From Balanoglossus misakiensis (taxonomy: Eukaryota; Animalia; Hemichordata): 64,000 nucleotides of DNA. Each line of letters opens with the position of its first letter. Within the stretch, counting starts at the first letter, position 1. The DNA lies in assembly GCA_040954595.2 (NCBI GenBank), contig CM082585.2, forward strand, positions 1,890,902 to 1,954,901, given 5' to 3'. Positions 51,383-63,763 of the stretch are shown piece by piece. The notes below the pieces were generated by a model that saw nothing but the letters and a program-made list of their open reading frames with translations, was not told the DNA's origin and ran no database searches. The translations under genes were made by a program, and so were the position numbers.

Positions 51383-53351
51383 CTGTTGTGATTATTGCTG
51401 GAATAGGCAATGTTTTAATCTACCTGCAAATACTGGTGTGACAAAGATTGTCGGCCAGTCAACATCACCAACGATATTAACAATATAAAAATAAATAAAA
51501 TTTCAACGATTCAACTTCTTTTCTAGCTTCCTATCTGGATAGTTTGTTTTATTTTACTCTAAAGATCACCTTTCTTCTAGGCCACGTGGCAAGAGACGTT
51601 TTCAACTTCTACTATCATCGATGCGAGAGTACTATAGTATTCTCATATACACAGACAAAGGCCACCAAAATAAGAGAATCATTTGGTCAAATGGTAGAGG
51701 GCGCAAAAACAGATATTTCAAATGACAAAATTTTCCGATAAACGTGTTTAATCAAATCAAACTGTGCTCAATGGTATTCTTGCAAAAATTGAATACACAT
51801 GAAACAAAATACAGCAACTGCCATGAACAACAAGTTTATTCATGACAAAATTCAATTTTTTTAATCAGTGATTTCCATTATCAGCTGAAAACTAAAATTA
51901 GATTGTCATCTTGAACAGTATAAAATCAGCGAGCAATTAGACATTAAGTACCCAGCATACTAAAATAAAACCATGTAAACATGCACAATTAGATAATCAA
52001 AGATTTTTTATTTATTCACCATGATGTTTTTAATTTATGTCAAATCAAAGTACTTGAAGTTATGGAAGATCAATTAAAATAGAAAACTGTAATTTTAATG
52101 GCTCGGTAATGTATCCAATTTCTGCCCAATATATGAAATTTCCGAGTCAGCAACTGAAGAATTCGTGGGGAAAATATTTACGTGATGTGTAACAGAATTC
52201 ACTTGGAAGTAAGGAGTTTTTGTAAAATCAACATGCATATTACAATTTATTTGTAAAAACTTGATTGGCAATGGAAAATTGGCGTTTAAATATATAGTAC
52301 TTCAAGATGAACAGATAAAATATAAGTTATTACAGATGTCATTTTACGACAACAAGGAATGTTCAATCGTTCTTTAATATCTTTAATGATACCAGGTCAA
52401 AGGTCACCTTTGCAAATTCAACCACTGGTACCATAGCCATTTCAAATGTAGCCAAAAGTGCGCCACCACTTTCTTCAAACATACTGAAACCATCTACAGG
52501 TTACTGTAGTCCTATATCTCTTGGCATCCATGGCAGTTTAGCTAGACATGAGCTGGCAAGGGGTGACCTGCAAGCTTTGAACTCTGGCTTCGGTAATGTC
52601 GACTCTGGCTCTGGCATATACTTGCAGGTCCATATGACCTTGGGGTGAACATGGTCATGAAGAAATAAATAGAATCTGTTTGGTACATTGTCAACTTCAT
52701 TTTAAACTTTCAAAAAAATAACAATATGGTGAGTAATGTTTTTGTTGTTTTCAAAGAGACTCACCATACACTTTAGTAAATCAAAGACTTGAAAAAGTTT
52801 TGAGGACTATCATTTGTCTGAATCTCGGACCGCGAGGCACATACTACCTTAAATAGTTTCACTCGCAGCTTCTTGTGGGCAGTTTCTCCTTGCGTACCTG
52901 TACAGACACACCAGGAGACCGATCCCGATGAACAACGACACCCACATGAAAACATTCAAGCGTCTGGTCACACCCATTTCCGTCAAACAAGAACATGAAT
53001 GAAACTGCGGAGGAAGAGAACGGGAGAGTGCCCATTAACCCTGTAATGGCCAATCATTTACTGGCACAAGGTTCAGGATGTACGATCACTGGAGTTGAAA
53101 ATAAGGTCATGGATTTGAAAATCATTTTGAGTTATGAAATTGAAATACATATTTTTCATTGTGGATTCTCCGACATAAATATTATCAAAATCAATAAGGG
53201 TTGGCTTTTTAATTTATGACATATAACGCCATGAATCTAGCCCATTAATACAAAGGCAATACTTAAACACATTTCGGGGTAGCGTTATGACAACTTGAAG
53301 AAAGTATGAATACAAACTTTCTAAAGTAATATTTTAAAGGTTGGCGTATTG
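51383..53351. repeat. ~1.97-kb segmental duplication, copy 2
   Basis: Colinear with 33788-35755. Confidence 0.95.
52547..53004 (-). pseudogene. SOAT1: SOAT/ACAT pseudogene fragment, second copy
   Basis: LNVFMWVSLFIGIGLLVCLY-RYARRNCP and PRS(W)TCKY, with the same indel lesions as copy 1. Confidence 0.7.
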
Positions 53352-53354
53352 CTT

Positions 53355-53882
53355 AGCATAATCATTTTTCCGTTTGCTGTGACATTTGTCTCCCTGTGAG
53401 AGTTTAAGTAAATGTAGAGTCACGCAAATTAGGCAACATCAATATCCCATACGTAATTCAGTGTGTTTTGTTCGCATTTTTGGTTTTCATTTTGAAAATG
53501 AACAAAGGACTTTCCTATCATTGACCAACACTCGTATGAATACATCCAAATTACCCAACTTTAATTTTCCTTAAAGAATTGGTCAGCTCTGCGAATATAT
53601 TTCACCTGACCACTTCCTTTGCTAAGGAAGAGTGTTGTTTATGTAATAATATTTTTATAATATTTATAACTTATGTAGCACATTAAATCTCAACGTGCTT
53701 TAAGTTGTCCCATGGTCATTTGAGCTAGGATGTTGGACCTAAATATTCCATTCAACTCCCTGGGGAGCAAACAACATCTCACCATCATTAGAAATGCCAA
53801 ATTACAGTGCTTTTGGCCACGTATTAACCTGGGGATTTACAGTTAACTTTAAATACACACGCATATGCATTTAATCCCCATG
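53355..53882. repeat. ~530-bp local duplication (other copy 57461-57981; partial copy 54233-54450) containing a SINE 3' half
   Basis: Both full copies start agcata(a/g)tcatttttccgtttgctgtgacatttgtctccctgtgagag and end gcatttaatccccatgt. Confidence 0.85.
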
Positions 53883-53884
53883 TG

Positions 53885-54226
53885 AGGGACAAAGTCTCTC
53901 TCTCGCTGCCCTTTTCCCATATTATATTTGATAAGAGACACCGTTTGTTATTCTACATGTGGATATATAGCGAATGAACGTTCAACCACACACAACTTCC
54001 ATCCCTCTTATAGACAGGAGAGTGAAAAACTCGCCAAAATGAATAATCGTTCTTTACCATTTATTCATTTTGGGCGAGTTTTTACTCTCATATCGTACAA
54101 ACGAGACGGAAGTTGTGTGTGGTCGAATGTTGATTCACCATATATCCACATGTAGAATAACATCAATGGCGTCTTGTATCATACATAATTAATTGAAAAA
54201 AGGCAGCGATGAGAGACTTTGCCCCT
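53885..54226. mobile_element. Fold-back palindromic MITE (~340 bp), TTAA at the right end only
   Basis: agggacaaagtctctc...gctgcc pairs with ggcagcgatgagagactttgcccct|ttaa. Arms tgttattctacatgtggatatat / atatatccacatgtagaataaca and aaaaactcgcc / ggcgagttttt. Confidence 0.75.
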
Positions 54227-54299
54227 TTAAACAATTGGTCAGCTCTGCGAATATAGTTCACCTGACCACTTCCTTTGCTAAGTAAGAGTGTTGTTTATG

Positions 54300-54654
54300 T
54301 AATAATATCAATATAATATTTATTACTTATATAGCACATTATGCAATAAATCTCAATGTGCTGCTTTGAAGTGTTTCCCATGGTAATTTGACCTAGGTCG
54401 TTGGACCTAAAATATTCCATTCCACTCCATGGGGAGCAAACAACAGCTCACATGTGCAGCTTTTATATCAGCAAAGCAGACCTATACATACACATTACAA
54501 TATCCGATCCACCAAATTACCCTTTTCTTATAGGCGGGGAGAGGCAAGGAGATGTAAATTGCCTTGCCAGAGGACACAACACCACAACCATGCCAGGGAT
54601 CAAACTCTTGATTCTTTGATTATGGGTCTGATGCTCTAACCACTGGACTATGAC
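54300..54654 (-). mobile_element. Decayed tRNA-derived SINE
   Basis: Minus strand: A-box-like tagtccagtggttagagc, B-box-like gagtttgatccc, then ttgtgtcctctggcaaggcaatttac, body tgctccccatggag, and an AT-rich tail gctatataag...tattatt. Confidence 0.65.
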
Positions 54655-55424
54655 ATTAATTTGAGGCCATCGCTTTCGTCAATTTCCCTGCGCTCCCCCT
54701 GGTAGTTTACGTCCAGTCCCTTACTTGTAATTGTCTTTGTTTGGCAACTGCAGGCCAAAAAGTTTTACTACCATGAATAAATCTACCCTAATCGATTATT
54801 CATAAAAGTACAACGTTTTTTTTTTTGGAACTACTGTCGACATTGTAAAAACCCCAGGTAGTAACTTGGGGGTGAAACAAGGCAACTCTCAGTAGCTCCT
54901 GGGAACAGTTCAATTTCAAGGTCATATCATTAAATGTGCTGGTCCAGTGAAAAAAAATGGGTCTCATGAACGTTCCCCAATTCATGACTCATCGCCAAGG
55001 TCCTTGGAATGAAGCACATTTTAAAACAGGCAACTGGTCTGGTCTTTTGCTTTGTCAACTTTCGACAAGCTTTAGCCGTGCATGCCCTGTAAGTCACAAT
55101 GCACATTAGACATCAACATTACTTTAGAACATGGTGAATTTCACACAGTGTGTAGGTTATATTATTGACTGCTACAATATTTTCAGTGTTTGGGTGTAAA
55201 ATGAACCCAGGTAGCTGGCAGTTGAAACACTACTGAACAAACAGTTTCATGTCAATGTAATCCAGACATTATCACTGAAGAGGTGTGAACGAGCGAAGAC
55301 ATTCAGGAGGCTCCTCTGTGCAAACACTGCCCTTGGCTACCAGCTGTGAAGTGATATGATAGAATTGTACCACATCAACTAGCAAGGCCCTGCACTGTAA
55401 GATGTTAAGTGTTATTTTTTGTGT

Positions 55425-55760
55425 GTTTTATTTGGTCCCATTTGTATAGGTATATACAGTGGGACCTTATGGATTTGGTTGCGTCTGTATGTATGTATGG
55501 ACATATGGACGGATAGATGGATGTATGTCCGTACACATCAAAAACTTGAAAACCGTTGCACCAATAACCTCGATATTTGGTGTGTAGATGCATGCTAGGC
55601 TGTAGATGGGAGTTTGTTCAAACGAAGTTGTCATTGCCAAAAATATATACAAATTAGCTGGGAAAACCTTAATTTGGTCAAAACTCAGAAACACGACAAG
55701 TCCTGGTCATGTTGATTTGAAAAAATGGTATGATAGTACCTTATATTAGCCTCACACATT
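55425..55760 (+). mobile_element. Possible Helentron/DINE-1-like non-autonomous element (5' part)
   Basis: T-rich start, hairpin ggtcccatttgtata...tatacagtgggacc, then a (gtat)/(ggat) microsatellite. The 3' end is not identified. Confidence 0.4.
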
Positions 55761-57104
55761 TCTGTATGTTTTAAGCTAATAGTGTGAATTTTCTACTTGT
55801 TATGCATTTTTTTGTCTTTTTCCACATTTTTGGTAAAAAATCTACTTTTCTGGAATTGATCAGCCGACTTCTGTGAAATTTACTATGGAGCTTTATATAG
55901 GTGATCTGAGTTACATGATGGATACCAACGTAAAACCACATATTGCCACCAGTCAAATATGTTGAAAACAGTGTCATATTTGCTACCGAAACAGATCCTA
56001 CTGTATCCTTTAACACCCCATTAGGGAACATGTATTCAAAGCATAGTAAGTTTCCACAGTGGGAAAAATACATGCAGTAAATGTCACAGTGCATTGTTAA
56101 CAATGCATAAATTAGATAATTAAGTCAAAGGCTGACATTTCTCACTGTGTGTGACCAGGGTATCATTTTAAACACAGACTGGACTTTGAGTATTGTGTCC
56201 AATGGAAAAAATACATCAGCATCTACGTCTGCAAAAATGGTGTCAGAACTGACATATCTTATCATGTATGCCATCGAACTCAAATGATAAAATCTTCCTT
56301 TCATGTGACCTGTCTGGTTAAAGTTTACTGCCAACATTTCACCATGCTTTACCCACCCAAGACACAGTGTGTCAAATCCAATATTTGGTTCAATGAATGA
56401 ACCATGAAAGTTTCCGAATTGGTACTACCCGAAAACGTCACATCAAGCTAAATTTGGAATTTTGATGGGGTGGGGAGGTAAAGCTTATCTAACATATAGT
56501 CGTTTAGATTTAACACTATGCCTGTGAGTTACATGTTAATATTTTCTGCATGTCTGTCGCGTACAATGCGTCGGTGCGCAAAAATGATCACAGGTACTAT
56601 TCAGAAGAATTCCGCTGATTCATGATGACTATGTGCATGGAAAAACCCTGATTATGATCTAACTGATAAACAATAGCATGATATTAATAAAATATACACA
56701 TTAACCAATGAATGAACCATCATGAAGATTGTGCCCTAACACTTATTTAAGCTTTTATCACTATTATACCTTTGTCATTACTAAAGATATGAACAGCCCT
56801 GTACACCAAAGCTATCACCACATTTGTTAACCTTTATTACACCATTCATATGAAACCATTCACCATCATCAACCTCTATTATATTCATTGTTTTGCCCAT
56901 TATAATCTGTGTACCCTCAATTTTACCACAAACCATCACCACATCAGTTAACTGTTTATTAAACACTTCCACATGTGTTGCCCATTATTATACCATTGAA
57001 ATTTGTAAATCGATCATTATACCTATCATACAAGCAATTGCTGATTGCTGTTAACCCTTGTGTACCACAAGCCATTATCATGAAATAGGCAACATGAATT
57101 TCAC

Positions 57105-57460
57105 ATAACACAGTTTGTCAGCTCTGAAAATGAAGTTATCATGATCATTATCTATGCTAATTAAAAGTGTACGTGGGAAATTGACCTTAGCAGGCGCTGC
57201 CTTATTAAGCTCAAAGTCAGAGTATAAATAAATGTACAGGCGTGTAAATTAGACAACATCAATATAACGCAGATAACACAGTTTGTCAACTCTGAGAATA
57301 TTGTTCTCAGGACCATTTCCCATGCTTAATTAAAGTGTTGTGTATGTGGTACAGTTTGGATTCCTTGTCAGATTTCCTATAACACAGGTCGTGAGCCCCG
57401 AAAAGTACCATAACACAATTCTCATGAACATTTTCCATGATCAATAAAAGTGTTGTGTGT
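57105..57460. repeat. Degenerate tandem repeat (3 copies)
   Basis: ataacacag(t/g)t...catg...aaagtgt motif at ~57105, ~57273 and ~57379. Confidence 0.55.
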
Positions 57461-58520
57461 AGCATAGTCATTTTTCCGTTTGCTGTGACATTTGTCTCCC
57501 TGTGAGAGTTTAAGTAAATGTGGAAACACGCAAATTAGGCAACACCAATATCCCGTACATAATTCAGTGTGTTTTGTTCGCATTTTTGGTTGCCATTTTG
57601 AAAATGAACAAAGGACTTTCCATTGACCAACACCCGTATGAATACGTCCAAATTACCCAACTTTAATATTCCTTAAATAATTGGTCAGCTCTGCAAATAT
57701 TTTTCACCTGACCACTTCCTTAGCTAGGTAAGAGTGTTGTTTATGTAATAATATTAATATAATATTTATAACTTATGTAGCACATTAAATCTCAACATGC
57801 TTTAAAGTTGTTCCATGGTCATTTGACCTAGGTCGTTGGACCTAAACATTCCATTCAACTCCCTGGGGAGTACAGCTCACCATCATTAGCAATGTCAAAT
57901 TACAGTGCTTTTGGCCACATATCAACCTGGGGATTTACAGACAACTTAAAATCCCCCTCAGCATGCATTTAATCCCCATGTCAAAGTGCAGAGCTTGCAT
58001 CACCATCTACCCCTTACAGTACTTATGGCCATGTATTAACCTAGGGATTTACAGTCAACATTAAATACCCATGCATATATTAACCTGGGAATTTACATTC
58101 AACATTAAATACCCATGCATATATTAACCTGGGAATTTACATTCAACATTAAATACCCATGCACATGCATTAAATACGTATGCCAAAGCGCAGAGCTTGG
58201 ATCACCATCTACACTGATGCATCATTAGGCTTGCTACGCCATTTCCCCTAATGCAAAGAATCACATTCAATGTCACCATTGTATTAGCTATGTCAAATTT
58301 CAGTGCTTTTGGACTTGTATTAACCCAGGGATTTTCAGTCAACTTTTAATCCCCACATGCATTTAATACCCATGTCAAAGTGAAGTGTTTGCATCACTAT
58401 CTACCGGGATGCATCATCAAGCTTGCATCGCCATTTACCCTGATGCAAAGAATCAGATTCAGTGTCACCATTTCATTAGCAATGTAAAATAAAATTGCTT
58501 TTTGCCAAGTATTAACCAGG
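57461..58520. repeat. Duplicated block (to 57981) followed by a degenerate minisatellite
   Basis: Repeated attaacct(g/a)gg(g/a)atttaca(g/t)tcaacattaaatacccatgcat units (exact 42-bp pair at ~58080-58163) nested in ~180-bp units. Confidence 0.7.
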
Positions 58521-58916
58521 GGTACCAATTCTCTGCCCTAGCAAGGGCCAGGGGTACTTATTCTCTGCCCTAGTAAAGTTTACAATCCCATAAATCACTA
58601 TTGCAATAACATGAACTATGACATGTTCAATGCACAGCAAAACAGCAGCAACCAATCCAATTGAATGTTAAAACATGTCTCAATATTTATTATCAAATAT
58701 TAATTTTTAAGATTACCCTAAGAAGTCTCTATAGTATCACACATTTTAACATCTAGGCTAGCTGATGATAAGTAATACTTACCAGAAACTTGTCCATATC
58801 TGATGCTTTTTGACAACAATACCAAAAGTGGTTCACAATGTGGGTCACCCATTTCAGCAGTGGTTTGCACTCTTTGTTTTGTGCAGCCTTAAAAAAACAC
58901 AGAATACACTCATGAT

Positions 58917-59070
58917 TGTGATGTCCGGGGAGGGGTTATTGACAGTCGACAACGACGGAGTTCCACAGAAGTGATGTTTATTGAATGACAACCACGCGGG
59001 AACTAACAGTTACAGGAAATCACGTATACAGACCATGTGACAATCACGTGATCATGACAATACTATCACA
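58917..59070 (-). repeat. 3' LTR (154 bp)
   Basis: Identical to 63764-63917. Contains AATAAA on the minus strand. Confidence 0.97.
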
Positions 59071-59543
59071 TCTCCTCAACTTTAGAAGAAAACTTGTACT
59101 TTAAGTTTACAACTCGCTTTGGAAAGTATGAAATTTGCCAACACTGTCAAATTGTAATGCTTTGTGAATGATCATGTTCTAACAAACGAAAACAAACAGA
59201 ACCTTAACCTTAACAAGAACTTGAGAACTTCATAACTAGGAAAATACAAATCTCCAAGAGAAAATTTGCTCTACAGAAACTCATTCCATAATGTTTGTGG
59301 ACAGTCTTATGTCAATATAATCTATCCTTCTGGCATGCAATAGTCTTTGTGCCAAGGAGGTTTAGATTTTATTCTTGTTGAGCGTCTCACATCAGTACTA
59401 TTGGGGTTTACATTTGTCTTAGGTGAATTTGTCACTGGCATTGTTGGAGGAACATTTACAATCGTTTCCAACGATGCTGTACCAGTAGGTGAAACAGGAC
59501 TAGGACATGCTGGTCCAGTTGATTTCTGACTAGAACAGACGGG

Positions 59544-62141
59544 TTATACTGGCAAGTTATCCAGGTTGTTATGTGTAGACAAATCATGGATATGGGGGTT
59601 ACAGGATGGAACACCATTTTGAACCCTTTGAGGTTGTTCATATGTCAAATGTTTGGAGTTCCATTCAGTGCCCTGGAAGGAAAATTCTGGATATTCCTCA
59701 ACATATTTCTTTACATGTCCAGTGGACCTTCTTTTTACACCTTTGGAGTTTTCCAATAATAACGCACCTCCATCTTTCTGGATGACTTTGTATGGTTCTG
59801 TCTCGAAATTGGGAGTGAGTTTGTTTTGCCTAAATGCTTGCTGGAGCAAAACAGTATCACCTTCCCTGATATCTGAGGAAGTGGCATGTCTCCTGTTGTC
59901 GGCATAGAACTTTTGTTTCATTTTCATTCTGTTGTTTCTTTCTCTCATTTTGATTTGCCAATCAGACTCATTGATTGTTTGGGATGGAATTCTCAGTCTA
60001 GGAATTTTGTCCCTAAACTCTCTTCCCATCAGAGCCATAGCAGGAGATATGCCTGTCACAGTATGGGGTGTATTTCTATATTCAAATAGAAAATGTGTCA
60101 AATCTTTGTACCAACTTTTCTTTTGCAATTTAGCAATTCGTACAGACTTCAAAATTATTTCATTCAGCCTCTCAACACTTCCATTGCTCTGAGGCCAGTA
60201 TGGAATGGAATATTCATGATCAATACCTAAGTAATCAAGGAAACCTTCAAACTCGGCTGAGGTAAAAGGTGGACCATTGTCTGATTTGACACAGTAAGGC
60301 AACCCATGTGTAAGAAACATAGCTTCCATGGCTTTTATGACATGGGCAGCATCTGTTTTCTTTAACAAAACTACTTCAGGCCATCTAGAGTATAAATCAG
60401 TTACCACTAGTAATTTCTCACCATCACATACATCCAAAAGATCAACTGCTAAATCGAACCATGGTCCTTCAGGTAACTGTGTGGGTAATAATGGCTCTGG
60501 GTTTGGCCTGGCACTGACCAATTGACATGGATGACAGGATCGTATCAGTTTTTCCACATCCCTGTCCATTCCTGGCCACCAAACTCTGTCACGTAAACGA
60601 GCCTTTGTCCTCACAATTCCCTGATGACCCTGGTGTGCAATTTTCAAGATTTTTCTTTGCAAAACTTGAGGAACAACCAATCTGTTACCACGCATGATCA
60701 ATCTGCCATACAACCATAATTCGTCTTTCACATGCCAATAGGGTGAAGACTTCAATTTTGACCAATTTGCAGAGGTAATACACTTTTCAACCAATTGCAA
60801 GCTCTGGTCTTTTGCAGATTCTCTCTCAATATCACGTGGGGTGATAGCAGATGGCATAGCCTCTAAAACAACACTACATGCAAAATCTTCAGTCTCTCTA
60901 CAATAGTTGTCAGATGGTTCGTCCACGGGCAATCTACTCAACATGTCCGCATAATTATTCTTTCCCTTGATATGGGTGATATGATAATCAAATTGTTGCA
61001 TATATAACAGCCATCTCTCAATTCTAGCTGAAGGGGGCCTGGAGTTAGGGCTGAATACTTTCAATAAAGGCTTATGGTCAGTTCTGACCTCAAAATGACT
61101 GCCTAGCAGAAACTGCTGAAGTTTCTCACATGCCCATTTAACTCCAAGCGCCTCTCGCTCAAACTGAGAGTACCTCGACTCAACATGTGTAAGCTTTCTG
61201 CTAACATAGTACACTGGTTGATATGAACCATTACTTTGCATTTGTTCAAGGATTGCTCCAACACCAACGGGCGATGCATCAGAAGTGACTCGAGTTTTAG
61301 CACCCTGCTTGAAATAAGCCATGAATGGACTTGTGGTCAATTTATGTTTGATGAGATTGAATACTTTCTCATGCTTGGGAAGCCATTTCCACTTTGCATC
61401 TTTGCGAGTCAAATCCCACAGTGGGCTTGTCACTGTTGCAAATTTATCGACATATTTTGAGCAAAATTGAGCCAGCCCAAAGAAACTTCTCAATTCTGAT
61501 TTGTCAGTTGGCGTTCGAGCTTTTACAATAGCTTTGACCTTCTCATCAGTGAGTTTCATACCCTGGGCCGTCATCAAGTGACCCATGAATATCATACTGT
61601 CTCCTAGCTTACATTTTGTAAAGTTCAGCGTTAAACCATGCTCACTAAAACGCTTGATCACTTTCCCAACTCTGGCATGCAGCTGCTCATAATTTTCAGC
61701 TACTACTCTAATATCATCATGCATGTTGTGGGCACCCTCACAGCCCTTCAAAACCTGGCTAATTAGATTTTGAAACTTTTCAGTCGCCATGTTCACACCA
61801 AAAACTAAACGCTTGTAGCGATACAAAGAGTTGGGCCCTGAAAAGGTTGTAATATCCCTGCTCTTTTCATCGAGCTCAATTTGATGGAAAGCCATATTCA
61901 TATCAAGCTTGCAAAATACCTTGGCCCCTGAAATTTCCTCTAGCGTTTCATCCATGGTGGGAACAGGGTGTCTTTCCCTAACAATGGCTTGATTTGCTTT
62001 TCTCATGTCCAGACATAGTCTGATATCCCCATCAGGCTTTTGTACTGTTACAAGGGGGTTGACCCAAGAGGTCGGACCCGAAACCTTCTCTATTACTCCC
62101 AGCTTTTGAAGCTCGTTGAGTTTTTTCAACAACTTTAGCAC
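59544..62141 (-). CDS. pol: pol: reverse transcriptase, RNase H, integrase (reading frame continues past the TAA to 59322)
   Basis: DIRLCLDMRKAN, KLDMNMAFHQIEL, NMHDDI, SDASPVGVGAIL, YSQFEREAL, TDHKPL, AHQGHQG...CHPC, SDNGPPF, PQSNGSVERLN. Confidence 0.93.
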   Translation of the reverse strand: MLKLLKKLNELQKLGVIEKVSGPTSWVNPLVTVQKPDGDIRLCLDMRKANQAIVRERHPVPTMDETLEEISGAKVFCKLDMNMAFHQIELDEKSRDITTFSGPNSLYRYKRLVFGVNMATEKFQNLISQVLKGCEGAHNMHDDIRVVAENYEQLHARVGKVIKRFSEHGLTLNFTKCKLGDSMIFMGHLMTAQGMKLTDEKVKAIVKARTPTDKSELRSFFGLAQFCSKYVDKFATVTSPLWDLTRKDAKWKWLPKHEKVFNLIKHKLTTSPFMAYFKQGAKTRVTSDASPVGVGAILEQMQSNGSYQPVYYVSRKLTHVESRYSQFEREALGVKWACEKLQQFLLGSHFEVRTDHKPLLKVFSPNSRPPSARIERWLLYMQQFDYHITHIKGKNNYADMLSRLPVDEPSDNYCRETEDFACSVVLEAMPSAITPRDIERESAKDQSLQLVEKCITSANWSKLKSSPYWHVKDELWLYGRLIMRGNRLVVPQVLQRKILKIAHQGHQGIVRTKARLRDRVWWPGMDRDVEKLIRSCHPCQLVSARPNPEPLLPTQLPEGPWFDLAVDLLDVCDGEKLLVVTDLYSRWPEVVLLKKTDAAHVIKAMEAMFLTHGLPYCVKSDNGPPFTSAEFEGFLDYLGIDHEYSIPYWPQSNGSVERLNEIILKSVRIAKLQKKSWYKDLTHFLFEYRNTPHTVTGISPAMALMGREFRDKIPRLRIPSQTINESDWQIKMRERNNRMKMKQKFYADNRRHATSSDIREGDTVLLQQAFRQNKLTPNFETEPYKVIQKDGGALLLENSKGVKRRSTGHVKKYVEEYPEFSFQGTEWNSKHLTYEQPQRVQNGVPSCNPHIHDLSTHNNLDNLPV

Positions 62142-63663
62142 GGCGGTTGAAAGGAATTCGCCGGTACTGGGCTATGGGTTTGACACTCTCATCAATATGC
62201 AAATGGAGCTTGTAGCCCTTTAACTTACCCAACCCATTAAATACCTCAGGATATTTCCTCCGCAATTCTGCAAGAATTGGCGAAGAATTATCAGCAGATA
62301 TTGAATTTATTGTGTACAGATTCACATTTCCAACTCTCAACATATCTAAATTCTCAGAAGTACTCCGACTCAACAAAATCGGTTGATCAGCCTTGATCAC
62401 TATAAAATCAGCAATACATTTCTTTTTAGTAGGCGCTTCAACATGTAAGGCACATTTACCCAATATATCTAAAGGTTTACTAGAACCATAGGTAAACACT
62501 TTATTGTTACAATTTCGAACTTTCACACCACGCTTTTCAGCAAGTCTGCGAAATTGTCTTTCACCAATGAGATTACATGTAGCACCACTGTCGATGATAA
62601 CCGGCACGTGTTGATTCTCGATCTGAATACCTGTATCAGTGAGGTCCTTCCCACTGGAAGCACGGAAAGCAGCATTGAAAGCATAGTACGCTTTCTCCTC
62701 GTCAGTCTCGACGTCTGCATGGCCACCATCGGCGTTTGCATCAGTAGTCGTCTGAGCTACCTTGTGTGTACCGCGACCATCACCACGCGTACGGCCACGT
62801 CCACGTGCGCTGCGGTTACCACCACTGCCTCGACTGTTGCCATTTTCACTGTCTTTAGACGGACAGTCTTCCCACTTAGCACGACAGTCTGCAGCTCTGT
62901 GTCCCGGTTTTTGACATCGGAAACACCGGTCGGATTTTTGTTCGGCATTGCGAGAACTACCACTTGTACTGGCGCGACATTCACGTTGCATGTGACCTTT
63001 CCTTCCACAACGGAAACAGGCTAAGTCCGCCATTTTGTTTTTGGCGCGCGTACGTTTACCGCCAATATTGACTGCATTTGCACTCACAGCTTGAGTACCA
63101 GACACCAAAACTAGTGCATCTTTGTCGTGATACGACCGTATGATTTGTAGTAGTTTGGTAGTGTCCAAATTCTTTTCACGATACAGCTTGCTTTTTAGCA
63201 CCTTGTCGCTGATGTAGAGCAAGACACGATCTCTTATCTGGTTGTCTTTTTCCGTCTCGGGAAAATCACAGTCTTTCAGTAGGTTCTTGAGACGTATTAC
63301 GTAGCTGTCGACCGTCTCCCCGGACGTGGGAGTTGCGCTGTAAAACTTCTGTCTCGCCATAGGAACGTTTTTCTGCAGTTGAAAGTGTTTATCCAAACAT
63401 GCTATCAACGTTGCGCAGTTTGTGACGTCACCAGTTTCATCTTCAGATTTAGTGCTAACAATGTCTCTGATGCCCGCTCCAGCCATGTGCAAAAGTAAGG
63501 CACGCTTCTGCGCATTATTTGAAACACCAGAAGCTGCTACGAACAGTTCAAATTCCTGAAGCCAACGCTCCCACCTTTGCTGAAGAGCCTCCGGTTCGCC
63601 TTCACAGTCGAATCCCGCCACTCCTGGCAGTCCGGACAGCGTTACGGGTGTAGACATTTTCAT
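62032..63663 (-). CDS. gag: gag-protease with two CCHC knuckles; out of frame with pol at an A6 run (~62121-62126)
   Basis: RWERWLQEFELF, RALLLHMAG, ETVDSYVIRLK, CFRCGRKGHMQREC, CFRCQKPGHRAADC, IIDSGATCN. Confidence 0.93.
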   Translation of the reverse strand: MKMSTPVTLSGLPGVAGFDCEGEPEALQQRWERWLQEFELFVAASGVSNNAQKRALLLHMAGAGIRDIVSTKSEDETGDVTNCATLIACLDKHFQLQKNVPMARQKFYSATPTSGETVDSYVIRLKNLLKDCDFPETEKDNQIRDRVLLYISDKVLKSKLYREKNLDTTKLLQIIRSYHDKDALVLVSGTQAVSANAVNIGGKRTRAKNKMADLACFRCGRKGHMQRECRASTSGSSRNAEQKSDRCFRCQKPGHRAADCRAKWEDCPSKDSENGNSRGSGGNRSARGRGRTRGDGRGTHKVAQTTTDANADGGHADVETDEEKAYYAFNAAFRASSGKDLTDTGIQIENQHVPVIIDSGATCNLIGERQFRRLAEKRGVKVRNCNNKVFTYGSSKPLDILGKCALHVEAPTKKKCIADFIVIKADQPILLSRSTSENLDMLRVGNVNLYTINSISADNSSPILAELRRKYPEVFNGLGKLKGYKLHLHIDESVKPIAQYRRIPFNRRAKVVEKTQRASKAGSNREGFGSDLLGQPPCNSTKA

Positions 63664-63746
63664 GCACTCAAATCACGGCTAAAAAGTCACCAAATCTCGT
63701 AAAGGTTGCTTGCGTATGTTCTTCGATAGTTAATTTAGACAACTAA

Positions 63747-63759
63747 ATCCTCGTCGCCA
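63747..63759 (-). promoter_or_regulatory. Primer-binding site TGGCGACGAGGAT (complementary to the tRNA-Ser(GCT) 3' end)
   Basis: 4 nt inside the 5' LTR; plus strand atcctcgtcgcca. The tRNA identity is from recall. Confidence 0.75.
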
Positions 63760-63763
63760 TTTA

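Noticed and set aside
54590-54654. tRNA gene
   Set aside because: Degenerate A/B boxes run into SINE body and tail; no intact cloverleaf.
32806-58900. Remaining 60-113-aa ORFs outside the elements described, and antisense ORFs within gag/pol
   Set aside because: No recognisable motifs; lengths expected by chance, or shadows of real coding frames.
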